DNA of 64,000 nucleotides, from the IMG/VR virus record IMGVR_UViG_3300027969_000045, one strand, 5' to 3'. The notes under the pieces are model-generated. The model saw only the letters and a program-made list of their open reading frames with translations, did not search any database and was not told where the DNA came from. This stretch comes from a virus. Shown here piece after piece: positions 22,281-32,377 of the stretch (within the stretch, counting starts at the first letter, position 1; each line of letters starts with the position of its first letter). The translations under genes were made by a program, and so were the position numbers.

Positions 22281-23990
22281 ATGGCTAAATTATTTGGATT
22301 TAAAATACAAGATACTACTGGAGCAGATAAGTCCAAAAGCATTATCTCTCCAGTACCTCCTAATGAGGAAGATAAGTCAGATTTTTATCTTCAAAGTGGA
22401 TTTTATGGCCAGTATGTAGATATTGAAGGTGTTTATAAAAGTGAGCAAGATTTAGTAAGAAGATATCGTGAGATGGCACTTCACCCAGAATGTGATAGTG
22501 CCATTGAAGATGTAGTAAATGAAGCAATCGTATCAGATTTGAATGATTCTCCCGTAGAGATTGAACTTTCAAATCTTCCAGCTTCAGATAAACTAAAACA
22601 AATTATTAGAGACGAATTCAAAACAATTAAAGATATTTTAGATTTTGATAGAAAATCACACGAAATATTCAGAAATTGGTATATTGATGGAAGAATCTTT
22701 TATCATAAAGTAATTGATTTTAAAAAACCAGAAGAAGGAATCAAAGAAATAAGATATATTGATCCTCTTAAAATTAGATTTATTCGTAGAGCAGAACAAT
22801 CTGGACCAAATGCAAATTTCCCAACTCCTATGGGGACAAGTAAGGATCCAATTGATATCTACCAAGCACCAAAAATAGAAGAATATTATCTATATGATCC
22901 AAATTCTTCTATGGGTACTGGAGGAACTACATCATTCAGGAATGAATCAAAAAGTGTAAAAATCACAAAAGATGCGATTACATTTATCACTTCTGGTCTT
23001 GTAGATCGCAACAAACAAACAGTTCTTTCATATCTCCATAAAGCAATTAAAGCACTCAATCAATTAAGAATGATTGAAGATAGTCTTGTAATTTATAGAC
23101 TATCTCGTGCTCCAGAACGTAGAATTTTCTATATTGATGTTGGCAATCTACCAAAAATTAAAGCTGAGCAATATCTTCGTGATGTGATGAATCGTTATAG
23201 AAACAAACTTGTCTATAACGCAGATACAGGAGAAATTCGTGATGATCGTAAGTATATGGCGATGCTTGAAGATTTTTGGTTGCCACGTAGAGAAGGTGGT
23301 CGTGGAACAGAGATCACTACACTTCCTGGTGGACAAAATCTTGGAGAACTTGCTGATATTGAATATTTCCAAAAGAAACTTTACAAATCTCTAAATGTCC
23401 CATCAAGTAGAATTGATGTTGGTGGTGGTGGCTTTAATCTCGGAAGATCTTCTGAAATTTTAAGAGATGAACTTAAATTTACAAAGTTTGTAGGAAGACT
23501 GAGAAAAAGATTTTCTCAGATGTTTAATGATTTTCTAAAAACACAACTGATTTTAAAAAATATTATTACTCCGGAAGATTGGGAATCATTATCAGAACAT
23601 ATTCAATATGATTTTATTTACGATAATCATTTTTCCGACTTAAAAAATAATGAACTTTTAAATGACCAATTGGGAGTTGTTGCCGCTATGCAACCATATA
23701 TTGGTACTTATTTCTCAACACAATATGTGAGACAGAAAGTTCTCAAACATTCCGATACTCTTATGGGAGAAATTGATAACCAAATCAAAAAAGAAATTGA
23801 AAAAGGAATTATACCAGATCCAGCAACTATTGATCCATCCACTGGTATGCCTTTTCAAGATAATTCTGCAGGAATGCAACCCCAAAATAATGCTGGAGGA
23901 ATGGATTTGGGGCAACCAATGATGGAACCAGACTTAACAAAACAAGCAAAATCCACTGAAATCAAGATGCCCAAAGGTGGAGAGATATAA
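22281..23990 (+). CDS. gp20: Portal vertex protein
   Basis: YRLSRAPERRIFYIDVGNLPK, EDFWLPRREGGRGTEITTLPGGQNLGE; ATG at 22281. Confidence 0.97.
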   Translation: MAKLFGFKIQDTTGADKSKSIISPVPPNEEDKSDFYLQSGFYGQYVDIEGVYKSEQDLVRRYREMALHPECDSAIEDVVNEAIVSDLNDSPVEIELSNLPASDKLKQIIRDEFKTIKDILDFDRKSHEIFRNWYIDGRIFYHKVIDFKKPEEGIKEIRYIDPLKIRFIRRAEQSGPNANFPTPMGTSKDPIDIYQAPKIEEYYLYDPNSSMGTGGTTSFRNESKSVKITKDAITFITSGLVDRNKQTVLSYLHKAIKALNQLRMIEDSLVIYRLSRAPERRIFYIDVGNLPKIKAEQYLRDVMNRYRNKLVYNADTGEIRDDRKYMAMLEDFWLPRREGGRGTEITTLPGGQNLGELADIEYFQKKLYKSLNVPSSRIDVGGGGFNLGRSSEILRDELKFTKFVGRLRKRFSQMFNDFLKTQLILKNIITPEDWESLSEHIQYDFIYDNHFSDLKNNELLNDQLGVVAAMQPYIGTYFSTQYVRQKVLKHSDTLMGEIDNQIKKEIEKGIIPDPATIDPSTGMPFQDNSAGMQPQNNAGGMDLGQPMMEPDLTKQAKSTEIKMPKGGEI

Positions 23991-23993
23991 ATA
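23986..23993 (+). promoter_or_regulatory. T4-type late promoter
   Basis: TATAAATA overlapping the gp20 stop codon. Confidence 0.65.
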
Positions 23994-24022
23994 GTTTTTA
24001 GTTATTAATATATTATAACAGT

Positions 24023-24238
24023 ATGGACGATTTAATAGATATGATTGCTGCTGGTGATTCTCAATCACAAGTATCTGATCGGATTAAAGATCTTCTTTTT
24101 TCTAAAAGCGCAGAAAGAATAGATGCAGTAAGACCATATGCTGCTGCTAGTCTTTTTGGTGAAGAAGATTCAGAATCTTATGAAGATGATGAGTCCGATG
24201 AAGACGATGAAGATGAATATGAAGAAGAGGAAGACTGA
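24023..24238 (+). CDS. Small acidic protein (possible prohead core component)
   Basis: Between gp20 and gp21; Asp/Glu-rich tail. Confidence 0.6.
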   Translation: MDDLIDMIAAGDSQSQVSDRIKDLLFSKSAERIDAVRPYAAASLFGEEDSESYEDDESDEDDEDEYEEEED

Positions 24239-24759
24239 TGAGTTTTAGAATTGTACAAACAGTCAGTGCAGTAAATGCTGCCGCTGCAACTACCGCAACA
24301 TCTAATCCCATCGCCCTCCAATCTGGATATATTCGTGTTTCCTGTGGAACAACTGCTGCTTACATTCAAATTTCTGAAAACCCAGTGGCAACCGCAAATG
24401 ATTTTATGATTGTTCCAAATAGTTCAGAAATTTTAAAGCAAAGAGTTGCTAGACAAAGAATTTCTGGTATTACTACAGGAGCAACAACCGTTATAGATTT
24501 TGGCGAAAATAATGGAAATCCATTTATTGTTGGTGATTATGTAACAATTCAAAATGCACATCCCGCAGGAATTAATACAGTTCATTCACAAGTGACCGTA
24601 TCAACTCCATCAAATATTACTTTGAATTATAATAGTTCTTCAGTTGTTGGAGTTGCATTAACAAATGCTTCCATTTCTAGAAGTGTGAAGGTTTCTGTAT
24701 TTGCTCCAGTGGCAGCATCTGTAAGTATTGCAGAAGTTCAAACCGCATCACTAAACTAA
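24238..24759 (+). CDS. Hypothetical protein in the head module
   Basis: 173-aa ORF overlapping the upstream stop, 1 nt before gp21. Confidence 0.65.
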   Translation: MSFRIVQTVSAVNAAAATTATSNPIALQSGYIRVSCGTTAAYIQISENPVATANDFMIVPNSSEILKQRVARQRISGITTGATTVIDFGENNGNPFIVGDYVTIQNAHPAGINTVHSQVTVSTPSNITLNYNSSSVVGVALTNASISRSVKVSVFAPVAASVSIAEVQTASLN

Positions 24760-24760
24760 A

Positions 24761-25411
24761 ATGAAACTAATCACAGAAGAAGTTCAAAAAGTAGAATTTA
24801 TTGTTGAGGGGACTGGATCCTCCAAAAGAATGTTCATTGAAGGTATATACCTTCAAGGAAATATGAGGAATCGTAATGGAAGAGAATATCCACTCGAAAT
24901 TCTTGACCGCGAAGTACGTCGTTACAACGAGTCTTTTATTCAAAAAGGTCGTGCTCTTGGTGAACTTGGTCATCCAGATGGACCAACAATCAATTTAGAT
25001 CGTGTTTCTCATAAAATTACTTCACTTATTCGTGAAGGAAATAACTTTAAGGGAAGGTCACAACTACTTTCTACCCCTATGGGCAAAATTGCACAATCAC
25101 TTATTGGTGAAGGTGTGACTCTTGGGGTTTCTTCTCGTGGTGTTGGTTCATTAATTCAAACGAATGAAGGACATAAAGTTGTTGGTGAAGATTTTATGTT
25201 AGCAACTGCTGCGGATATTGTTGCCGATCCATCTGCTCCTGATGCTTTTGTTCAGGGAATTATGGAAGGGAAAGAATGGGTATGGGATGGTGGAATTTTG
25301 AGAGAGCAATTTGCAGAAAAGACATATAAAACAATAAATACATTAGTTGACAAAAAAATGCTCAATGAGCATAAAGTAAAATTATTTGATAATTTTCTTT
25401 CAAATCTTTAA
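24761..25411 (+). CDS. gp21: Prohead protease
   Basis: ALGELGHP, GVSSRGVGSL, DIVADPSAPDAFV. Confidence 0.96.
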   Translation: MKLITEEVQKVEFIVEGTGSSKRMFIEGIYLQGNMRNRNGREYPLEILDREVRRYNESFIQKGRALGELGHPDGPTINLDRVSHKITSLIREGNNFKGRSQLLSTPMGKIAQSLIGEGVTLGVSSRGVGSLIQTNEGHKVVGEDFMLATAADIVADPSAPDAFVQGIMEGKEWVWDGGILREQFAEKTYKTINTLVDKKMLNEHKVKLFDNFLSNL

Positions 25412-25413
25412 AT

Positions 25414-25421
25414 TATAAATA
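25414..25421 (+). promoter_or_regulatory. T4-type late promoter for gp22/gp23
   Basis: TATAAATA in the gp21-gp22 gap. Confidence 0.75.
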
Positions 25422-25457
25422 AATATAGATTTAACAAAGGTAAATCGGAGAGTTCAA

Positions 25458-26648
25458 ATGTCCCGTGGTAAAAACTTACAAGAAATGGAAACAGGCACTA
25501 CACAATCTCGTACTGCTGTAAATGCCAATGCAAAGGCAGCAGAACCAATGCAAAAGTTGAGCACAGGCATTCCTGATGGTCAAACTGGTAGTTGGGAAGA
25601 TCTTGGTGGACCAACACCAGAGAATTACAGATCAGATGATGATTCTGCTAAACTTAAAACTCCTGGTGCAACCCTTAAGCAAGTTAAGGATGTTGTAAAT
25701 AAAGGAGCAAAGCCAGCAGAAGCAATGAAAACTGGTGCGGTAAAAGAAGATTCTGAATATGATGATGAAGATGAAGAACTCCTAGAAGCTGCCGAAGAAG
25801 AAGATACCGAAGATGAAGACGAAAAGGCAGAAAAGAAAAAATCTTCCAAAAAATCTGAAAAAGATGATGATGATGAAGAAGATGAAGATGACGAAGAAGA
25901 TGGCAAGAAAAAAATGGATGAATCCATTAGCATCGAAGAAGATGTTGATGCTCTTCTTGCCGGTGAAGAACTATCTGAAGAATTTAGAGATAAAGCAAAG
26001 TTAATTTTTGAAGCAGCAATCAATTCAAAGATTTCTGAAATATATGAATCTCTAGAATCACATTATGAAAATCAACTTGTTGAGCAAGTTGAAGAAATCA
26101 AATCAGAATTGACTGAAAGAGTTGATTCTTATCTTGAGTATGTAGCCGATGAGTGGCTACAAGAAAATGCCCTTGTTGTAGAGCAAGGACTTAAAACTGA
26201 AATGACCGAATCATTCCTTCAAGGAATGAAGGGTCTTTTTGAAGAACATTATGTAACAATCCCTGAAGATAAATATGATGTAATCGAGAGTATGGTAGAT
26301 AAACTTGATGAAATGGAGACCAAACTCAATGAGCAAATCGAAAGAAATATTGCTCTAAACCAAAGACTAGCAGAATCGGTTGCCGATGTAATTTTAAGTG
26401 ATGTTTCTGAAGGTCTTGCGACCTCCCAGAAAGATAAACTCGCTTCCCTATCTGAAAGTGTTGAGTTTGAAAGTGAGGCAGACTATCGTGAGAAGTTAGC
26501 AACATTGAGGGAAGCATACTTTCCAAGAAATGCTGGCGCTCAAAGAGGGTATTCGGAAGTAATTTCTGAAGAAGCTGATTATACTCAACCAGTTTCTGGT
26601 GCGATGGAATCTTATCTTCAGACACTTTCCAGAGTTTCTAAAAAGTGA
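25458..26648 (+). CDS. gp22: Prohead core scaffold protein
   Basis: LSEEFRDKAKLIFEAA, VDSYLEYVADEW; acidic; between gp21 and gp23. Confidence 0.92.
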   Translation: MSRGKNLQEMETGTTQSRTAVNANAKAAEPMQKLSTGIPDGQTGSWEDLGGPTPENYRSDDDSAKLKTPGATLKQVKDVVNKGAKPAEAMKTGAVKEDSEYDDEDEELLEAAEEEDTEDEDEKAEKKKSSKKSEKDDDDEEDEDDEEDGKKKMDESISIEEDVDALLAGEELSEEFRDKAKLIFEAAINSKISEIYESLESHYENQLVEQVEEIKSELTERVDSYLEYVADEWLQENALVVEQGLKTEMTESFLQGMKGLFEEHYVTIPEDKYDVIESMVDKLDEMETKLNEQIERNIALNQRLAESVADVILSDVSEGLATSQKDKLASLSESVEFESEADYREKLATLREAYFPRNAGAQRGYSEVISEEADYTQPVSGAMESYLQTLSRVSKK

Positions 26649-26696
26649 TTTTTAAATCATAAATCAAACTAACAATTTCCAAAAGAGGTAAAACAA

Positions 26697-28094
26697 ATGC
26701 AAATGTTCAATGCAGAACAATTGCAGGAGAAGTGGGCACCACTCCTTAATTATGAGGGTCTTGATAAAATCAAGGACTCACATCGCAGAATGGTAACCGC
26801 AGTCCTGCTCGAAAACCAAGAAAAATTCCAAAGAGAGGAGCGCGAGTTCCTTTATGAAGCCCCAACCAACTCAGCTGGTACTGGTGGTTTCTCAAATACT
26901 GGTACTGGAGCTGTTGCTACTGGACCTGTTGCTGGTTTTGACCCCGTTCTAATCAGCTTGATTCGTCGTTCTATGCCCAACTTGGTCGCTTATGACCTCG
27001 CTGGCGTACAACCAATGAACGGTCCTACTGGACTTATCTTTGCGATGCGTTCACGTTACACCAACCAAACTGGAACTGAAGCATTCTTCAACGAAGTAGA
27101 TACTTCATTCTCTGGTGAGAATGCAGGTCAGAACCTCACTGGTTCCTTCACTGATGGTGTTGCTGGTTTCGGTACTACTTCAAATCCAGCAGGTACAAAC
27201 CCAGGTCTTCTTAACCCAGTAGGAGTTGCGGCAACCAACACCTATGCTACTGGTCAAGGCATGAACACTGGCGATGCCGAAAATCTTGATGGTAGTGGCG
27301 CTAGTGCGTTCAACCAGATGGCGTTCTCAATTGAGAAAGTCACCGTTACTGCAAAGTCACGCGCATTGAAAGCTGAGTATTCACTAGAACTCGCTCAAGA
27401 CCTCAAGGCTATCCACGGTCTAAACGCAGAAGCAGAACTTGCTAACATTCTCTCAACTGAAATCCTTGCGGAAATCAACAGAGAAGTTATTCGTACAATC
27501 TACAAGATTGCTGAGCAAGGCGCTGCTGTTAATACTGCAACCGCTGGTATCTTTGACCTTGACGTTGACTCCAACGGTCGTTGGTCTGTTGAGAAGTTCA
27601 AGGGTCTTCTTTTCCAAATCGAGCGCGATGCTAACGCAATCGCACAAAGAACTCGTCGTGGAAAGGGCAACATGATCCTCTGCTCTGCTGACGTTGCTTC
27701 TGCACTCACCATGGCAGGTGTTCTTGATTACACCCCTGCTCTTAACGCTAATCTTAACGTTGATGACACCGGAAGCACCTTCGCTGGTGTTCTCCAAGGC
27801 AAGTATAAGGTCTATATTGATCCTTATTCTGCAAACGTATCTGCTAACCAGTACTACGTTGTAGGTTATAAGGGTTCTTCACCTTATGATGCTGGTCTCT
27901 TCTATTGTCCTTATGTTCCTCTCCAAATGGTTCGTGCCGTTGGTGAGAACAGCTTCCAACCAAAAATTGGATTCAAGACTCGTTACGGAATCGTTGCTAA
28001 CCCATTTGCTGAAGGCACCGCTCAAGGTTCAGGTCGTCTTCTTGCTAATGCTAACCGTTACTACCGTCGTGTACGTGTTGACAATTTAATGTAA
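26697..28094 (+). CDS. gp23: Major capsid protein
   Basis: GVQPMNGPTGLIFAMR, KSRALKAEYSLELAQDLKAIHGL, FQPKIGFKTRYG. Confidence 0.98.
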   Translation: MQMFNAEQLQEKWAPLLNYEGLDKIKDSHRRMVTAVLLENQEKFQREEREFLYEAPTNSAGTGGFSNTGTGAVATGPVAGFDPVLISLIRRSMPNLVAYDLAGVQPMNGPTGLIFAMRSRYTNQTGTEAFFNEVDTSFSGENAGQNLTGSFTDGVAGFGTTSNPAGTNPGLLNPVGVAATNTYATGQGMNTGDAENLDGSGASAFNQMAFSIEKVTVTAKSRALKAEYSLELAQDLKAIHGLNAEAELANILSTEILAEINREVIRTIYKIAEQGAAVNTATAGIFDLDVDSNGRWSVEKFKGLLFQIERDANAIAQRTRRGKGNMILCSADVASALTMAGVLDYTPALNANLNVDDTGSTFAGVLQGKYKVYIDPYSANVSANQYYVVGYKGSSPYDAGLFYCPYVPLQMVRAVGENSFQPKIGFKTRYGIVANPFAEGTAQGSGRLLANANRYYRRVRVDNLM

Positions 28095-28116
28095 GTCTTT
28101 CTCGCATCTCTTTTAC

Positions 28117-28146
28117 AAGGGACCCCAATATGGGGTCCTTTTTTTA
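28117..28146 (+). terminator. Rho-independent terminator after gp23
   Basis: aagggacccca-ata-tggggtccttt stem followed by a T run. Confidence 0.85.
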
Positions 28147-28167
28147 TGAAAATAAATAGAAATAAAA

Positions 28168-28716
28168 ATGTCCCAAACTCCTTGGTCTAAGCAATTATCA
28201 AATAGAAATTTTTTATCTCCAGTTGGATTCAAATTTTCTGTCACAAAATTGCCAAAAGTAGACTTCTTTTCAAATACAGCAGAAATTCCAGGAATTAATC
28301 TTGGTGTTGCGATGCAACCAACATACCTCAAAGACATTCCAGTTCCAGGTGATAAAATATCTTATGATGATTTTTCTTTAGAATTTTTTATAGATGAAAA
28401 TTTGGAAAACTATCTTGAAGTTCATAAGTGGTTAAGGGGACTTGGATATCCATATAGTATTCAAGAATTTATAGATTTAAAATCTAATGATGAGTATTTG
28501 CCAGATAATGCTGCCAAAAATTCATATAATGAATACTCCGATGCCACTTTATTCATCTACAATAGTAATTTTAATATCATATCGCAAGTTCATTTTAAAG
28601 ACTTATTTCCAATAAGTTTATCTACCGTTCAATTTAATTCAAAAGAATCTGACATCAATTATGTGACCGCAAGCGTCCAATTTAAGTATTCTATATATGA
28701 TATAGTTGTTTTATGA
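28168..28716 (+). CDS. gp3: Tail completion / tube terminator protein
   Basis: NRNFLSPVGFKF, DENLENYLEVHKW; position after gp23. Confidence 0.88.
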   Translation: MSQTPWSKQLSNRNFLSPVGFKFSVTKLPKVDFFSNTAEIPGINLGVAMQPTYLKDIPVPGDKISYDDFSLEFFIDENLENYLEVHKWLRGLGYPYSIQEFIDLKSNDEYLPDNAAKNSYNEYSDATLFIYNSNFNIISQVHFKDLFPISLSTVQFNSKESDINYVTASVQFKYSIYDIVVL

Positions 28717-28719
28717 TTT

Positions 28720-29148
28720 ATGAATCTTGATGAAATTCAATCGTTATGGGAAGAAGACGCAAAGATAGATCCAGATAATTTACACGAAGAATCTATTAAG
28801 ATTCCTTCACTTCACGCAAAATATTATAAAATTTATAATAATATTCTTCTTCTTAAAAAATTAGAAGAAAACAAATTTAAAATATTAAAAAAAGAAAAAT
28901 GGATGTACTTTTCCGGAAAATCAGATCCGGAAGTTTATATAAAAAATCCATTTGATTATAAGGTATTGAGACAGGATATAGATAAGTATATGGATGCCGA
29001 TGAGGACATTTTAAAATCCATATCCAAAATGGAATACTACCAAACGATGTTAAGTTATTTGGATAGTATTCTGAAAACAATAATGAATAGGTCTTATCAA
29101 ATTAAAAATAGTATTGAATATATGAGGTTCACTGCAGGTTATGGTTGA
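28720..29148 (+). CDS. uvsY: Recombination mediator
   Basis: ESIKIPSLHAKY, R.YQIKNSIE; upstream of uvsW. Confidence 0.88.
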   Translation: MNLDEIQSLWEEDAKIDPDNLHEESIKIPSLHAKYYKIYNNILLLKKLEENKFKILKKEKWMYFSGKSDPEVYIKNPFDYKVLRQDIDKYMDADEDILKSISKMEYYQTMLSYLDSILKTIMNRSYQIKNSIEYMRFTAGYG

Positions 29149-30604
29149 TTTAATTATACAAAAAAAGAATGAAATTTATCTAAAGATAGAAGCAGAACCC
29201 CATATACATCAAGAGTTATTTGATTATTTTACTTTTGAAGTTCCTGGCGCAAAATTTATGCCTCAGTATAGAAACAAATACTGGGATGGAAAAATTCATT
29301 TATACAGCAATCACACTGGGGAAATTTATGCTGGACTACTTGATAAAGTTGTATCTTGGGCAAAAAAATCCGATTACAAAGTAGAGTTCAAACATAATAA
29401 ATTCTATGGAGATCCATTTGAAGAAAATGAAAATATATCCAAAGAAGGTGTAAAAGATTATATCAATTCAATTTGTAAATATTCTCCAAGAGACTATCAA
29501 ATTGATGGTGTTTATGATGCTTTGAAATATAATCGCAAACTTTTAATCTCTCCAACTGGAAGTGGAAAGAGTTTGATGATTTATTCTTTGGTTCGTTATT
29601 ATACTGACAAAGATCTAAACACTTTAATTATTGTTCCGACTACTTCTCTCGTAAGTCAAATCTATAAAGATTTTGAAGATTATGGATGGGATGTAGATAA
29701 GCATTGTCATCAAATTTATTCAGGAAAAGAAAAACAAACAGATAAAAGTGTAACTATTTCAACTTGGCAAAGTCTCTATAAGATGGATAGAAAGTTCTTT
29801 AATACTTTTGATACTGTCATCATAGATGAATGCCATCTTGCCCGTAGCAAGTCTATTACAGGCATTATGACAAAGATGGACGATACCAAATACAGATACG
29901 GATTCACGGGCACTCTGGATGGGTCTCAGACGCATAAATGGGTTCTTGAAGGATTGTTTGGTCCTTCTTACAAAGTCACACAAACAAAAGAACTCATAGA
30001 AAAGGGTCATCTATCAAAATTAGATATTAAAGTTCTTTTATTGAAGCATAATCCACAAAAATTTGATGAATATGAAGACGAAATTCAGTATTTGATTACT
30101 CACGAAAAAAGAAATAAATTTATCAAAAATCTGACTTTGGATCTAAAAGGAAATAGTTTAGTTCTTTTTAATCGTGTGGAAACTCACGGACAACCTCTCT
30201 ATGAACTTATAAATAGTTCAGCATCAGATGAAAGAAAAATATTTTTTGTTCATGGTGGAGTGGATGCTGAGGAAAGAGAGCAAGTAAGAGCAATTACTGA
30301 AAAAGAAGATAATGCAATTATTGTTGCGTCTTATGGTACATTCTCTACTGGAATTAACATTAAAAACCTACATAATGTTATTTTTGCTTCCCCCTCAAAA
30401 TCCAGAGTTAGAAATTTACAATCAATTGGTAGAGTTCTAAGGACAAGTGAAAGTAAAACAAAAGCAGTATTATATGATATAGCGGATGATACTACTTACA
30501 AATCAAAGAAAAATTATACATTGAATCATCTTGTAGAAAGAATTCGAATTTATAATGAAGAAAAATTTAATTATGAAATTATTCAAATAGACTTTAAAAA
30601 TTAA
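29141..30604 (+). CDS. uvsW: SF2 RNA-DNA/DNA helicase
   Basis: SPTGSGKS, DECH, TGT, QSIGRVLR. Confidence 0.95.
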   Translation: MVDLIIQKKNEIYLKIEAEPHIHQELFDYFTFEVPGAKFMPQYRNKYWDGKIHLYSNHTGEIYAGLLDKVVSWAKKSDYKVEFKHNKFYGDPFEENENISKEGVKDYINSICKYSPRDYQIDGVYDALKYNRKLLISPTGSGKSLMIYSLVRYYTDKDLNTLIIVPTTSLVSQIYKDFEDYGWDVDKHCHQIYSGKEKQTDKSVTISTWQSLYKMDRKFFNTFDTVIIDECHLARSKSITGIMTKMDDTKYRYGFTGTLDGSQTHKWVLEGLFGPSYKVTQTKELIEKGHLSKLDIKVLLLKHNPQKFDEYEDEIQYLITHEKRNKFIKNLTLDLKGNSLVLFNRVETHGQPLYELINSSASDERKIFFVHGGVDAEEREQVRAITEKEDNAIIVASYGTFSTGINIKNLHNVIFASPSKSRVRNLQSIGRVLRTSESKTKAVLYDIADDTTYKSKKNYTLNHLVERIRIYNEEKFNYEIIQIDFKN

Positions 30605-30605
30605 A

Positions 30606-31004
30606 ATGTACGAAGAAGAATTTTACGCAGCTATAAAAATGGTATCCGGAGAAGAAGTTTTCTCAAAAGTTTGTCCTTGTGAAGAAGAAGATAGAACTAT
30701 CTTAATTTTAGACAATCCAGTTGTAATGGAAACTATTACCATGAAACAACTTGGAATGACCGCACTTAAAGTTGTTCCTTGGATGAAACTTACAGATGAC
30801 ACAATGTTTATTGTGGATATGGAAAAAATTATCACTATGACGGAAGTAAATGAATCTTCAATTATTAAAGTATATGAAAAATATATTAAAGATGTAAATA
30901 AAAAAACTAATAAATCAAAAATAAGTCCTAATATGGGATATATTTCTTCCATTTCTGAAGCTAGAATATCTTTGGAAAAACTTTATAAATCATCTAATAC
31001 TTAA
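30606..31004 (+). CDS. Hypothetical protein (Sm-like fold likely)
   Basis: IKMVSGEEVFS...PWM pattern; position between uvsW and gp55. Confidence 0.65.
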   Translation: MYEEEFYAAIKMVSGEEVFSKVCPCEEEDRTILILDNPVVMETITMKQLGMTALKVVPWMKLTDDTMFIVDMEKIITMTEVNESSIIKVYEKYIKDVNKKTNKSKISPNMGYISSISEARISLEKLYKSSNT

Positions 31005-31037
31005 AGATATAACTTATCTATCAACCCTAACAGAGTG

Positions 31038-31066
31038 ATTCTAACTGTTATCAAAACTAATGTCAA
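31038..31066 (-). promoter_or_regulatory. Candidate antisense sigma70-like promoter
   Basis: Minus-strand TTGACA (31066-31061), 17-nt spacer, TAGAAT (31043-31038). Confidence 0.5.
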
Positions 31067-31069
31067 GTC

Positions 31070-31099
31070 TTTACAGATAAAGAAATATTATGGTATAAT
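31070..31099 (+). promoter_or_regulatory. Sigma70-like early promoter for gp55
   Basis: TTTACA-N18-TATAAT with TG extended -10. Confidence 0.65.
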
Positions 31100-31125
31100 A
31101 GAGATAAATCAAAATTCATAAAATA

Positions 31126-31632
31126 ATGAAAGAAAGAAAAAATCCACATTATGTAAATAATAAAGATTTTCATGATGCCTTAATTGTATACAAAATGAAA
31201 ATTGATATTGCAAAGGAAAAATATTTCCAAAAATATGATAAGTATCCTCCAAACAATGGACCCTGGGAAGGAAAACCAAGAATACCAAATTATTTGGGAG
31301 ATTGCTTTTTGAAAATTGCTACACACCTTTCATATCGTCCGAACTTTGTAAATTATATGTTCCGCGAAGATATGATAAGTGATGGAGTGGAAAATGCAGT
31401 TCAATACATTCATAATTTTGATGTAGAAAGAACTAATCCATTTGCTTACTTTACTCAGATTGTTTATTATGCTTTTCTTCGCAGAATTCAAAGGGAGAAG
31501 AGGCAAATGGAAATTAAAGATAAACTAATTGAACGTAGTGGATTTGAAGAAGTATTTACATCAGATGAAAGTGGTTTTAATTCTGATTACAATACGATTA
31601 AAGATAATGTACATATTAAGATGAATCAATGA
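31126..31632 (+). CDS. gp55: Late-transcription sigma factor
   Basis: HYVNNKDF, FLKIATHLSYRPNFVNYMFREDMISDG, NPFAYFTQI. Confidence 0.95.
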   Translation: MKERKNPHYVNNKDFHDALIVYKMKIDIAKEKYFQKYDKYPPNNGPWEGKPRIPNYLGDCFLKIATHLSYRPNFVNYMFREDMISDGVENAVQYIHNFDVERTNPFAYFTQIVYYAFLRRIQREKRQMEIKDKLIERSGFEEVFTSDESGFNSDYNTIKDNVHIKMNQ

Positions 31633-31678
31633 AACTTGGATTAAATAGAATCTTTATCCTAAGCATTGTCATTAATTA

Positions 31679-31728
31679 TTTCTAACCGCAAAATATTATA
31701 AATATTTGTGATACTATGCAGTTAGAAA
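31679..31728 (+). promoter_or_regulatory. Inverted repeat enclosing the late promoter upstream of the HNH gene
   Basis: tttctaaccgca (31679-31690) pairs 11/12 with tgcagttagaaa (31717-31728); TATAAATA at 31697-31704. Confidence 0.65.
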
Positions 31729-31732
31729 AACA

Positions 31733-32377
31733 ATGAAAACAGGAAAATACGCAAAATATACACCCGAAGAACGCAAAAAAATACAAGCAGAAAATTTGCG
31801 AAAAAATAAAGAAACAGCAAAAGAAAGAGGATACACTAGAAGAAATGCTGCTCGTGAAGAAGCAATTGAAGAAGGCAAAAAAACTTATGAAGGTCCTATT
31901 GCTTGTAAAAAATGTGGTAGTTATGAAAAGTATGTGTCTAGTAGGAATTGTGCTCCTTGTGCTATAAAATCTGGTTTAGAAAAACTTAATAATAAAGAGT
32001 TGATGGAACCTTATAGAACAAAGGAGAAGAAACAAAAATATTGTGAGGACAATAAAGAAAAAGTTAATGGAATAAAAAGAAAATATGCTAAAACTGAAAG
32101 GGGCAAGGCAATAGGTTGTGAAAAGTCAAGGAGGTATAGTGCCAGAAAACAACTTGGCATTCCGGTAGATATTACAGAACAGCAACTTAGGCAAATACAG
32201 GAAGTATATCAACAGGCACAGCACTTGACTTTTACTACTGGTGTGCAGTATGATGTAGACCATATTGTTCCCTTATTTGAAGGTGGATTGCACCATCCGA
32301 ATAATTTACAAGTTATCACACACAAAGAGCATCTTATGAAAACTGCGAAAGAAAATAGTAGGAGGCAACAGAAGTGA
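31733..32377 (+). CDS. Free-standing HNH homing endonuclease
   Basis: CxxC...CxxC plus C-terminal VDHIVPL..GGLHHPNNLQVIT..EH. Confidence 0.88.
   Translation: MKTGKYAKYTPEERKKIQAENLRKNKETAKERGYTRRNAAREEAIEEGKKTYEGPIACKKCGSYEKYVSSRNCAPCAIKSGLEKLNNKELMEPYRTKEKKQKYCEDNKEKVNGIKRKYAKTERGKAIGCEKSRRYSARKQLGIPVDITEQQLRQIQEVYQQAQHLTFTTGVQYDVDHIVPLFEGGLHHPNNLQVITHKEHLMKTAKENSRRQQK

Noticed and set aside
25625-26023. Ser-rich minus-strand ORF
   Set aside because: Shadow of the Asp/Glu tract in gp22; the other short minus-strand and off-frame ORFs inside core genes are rejected likewise
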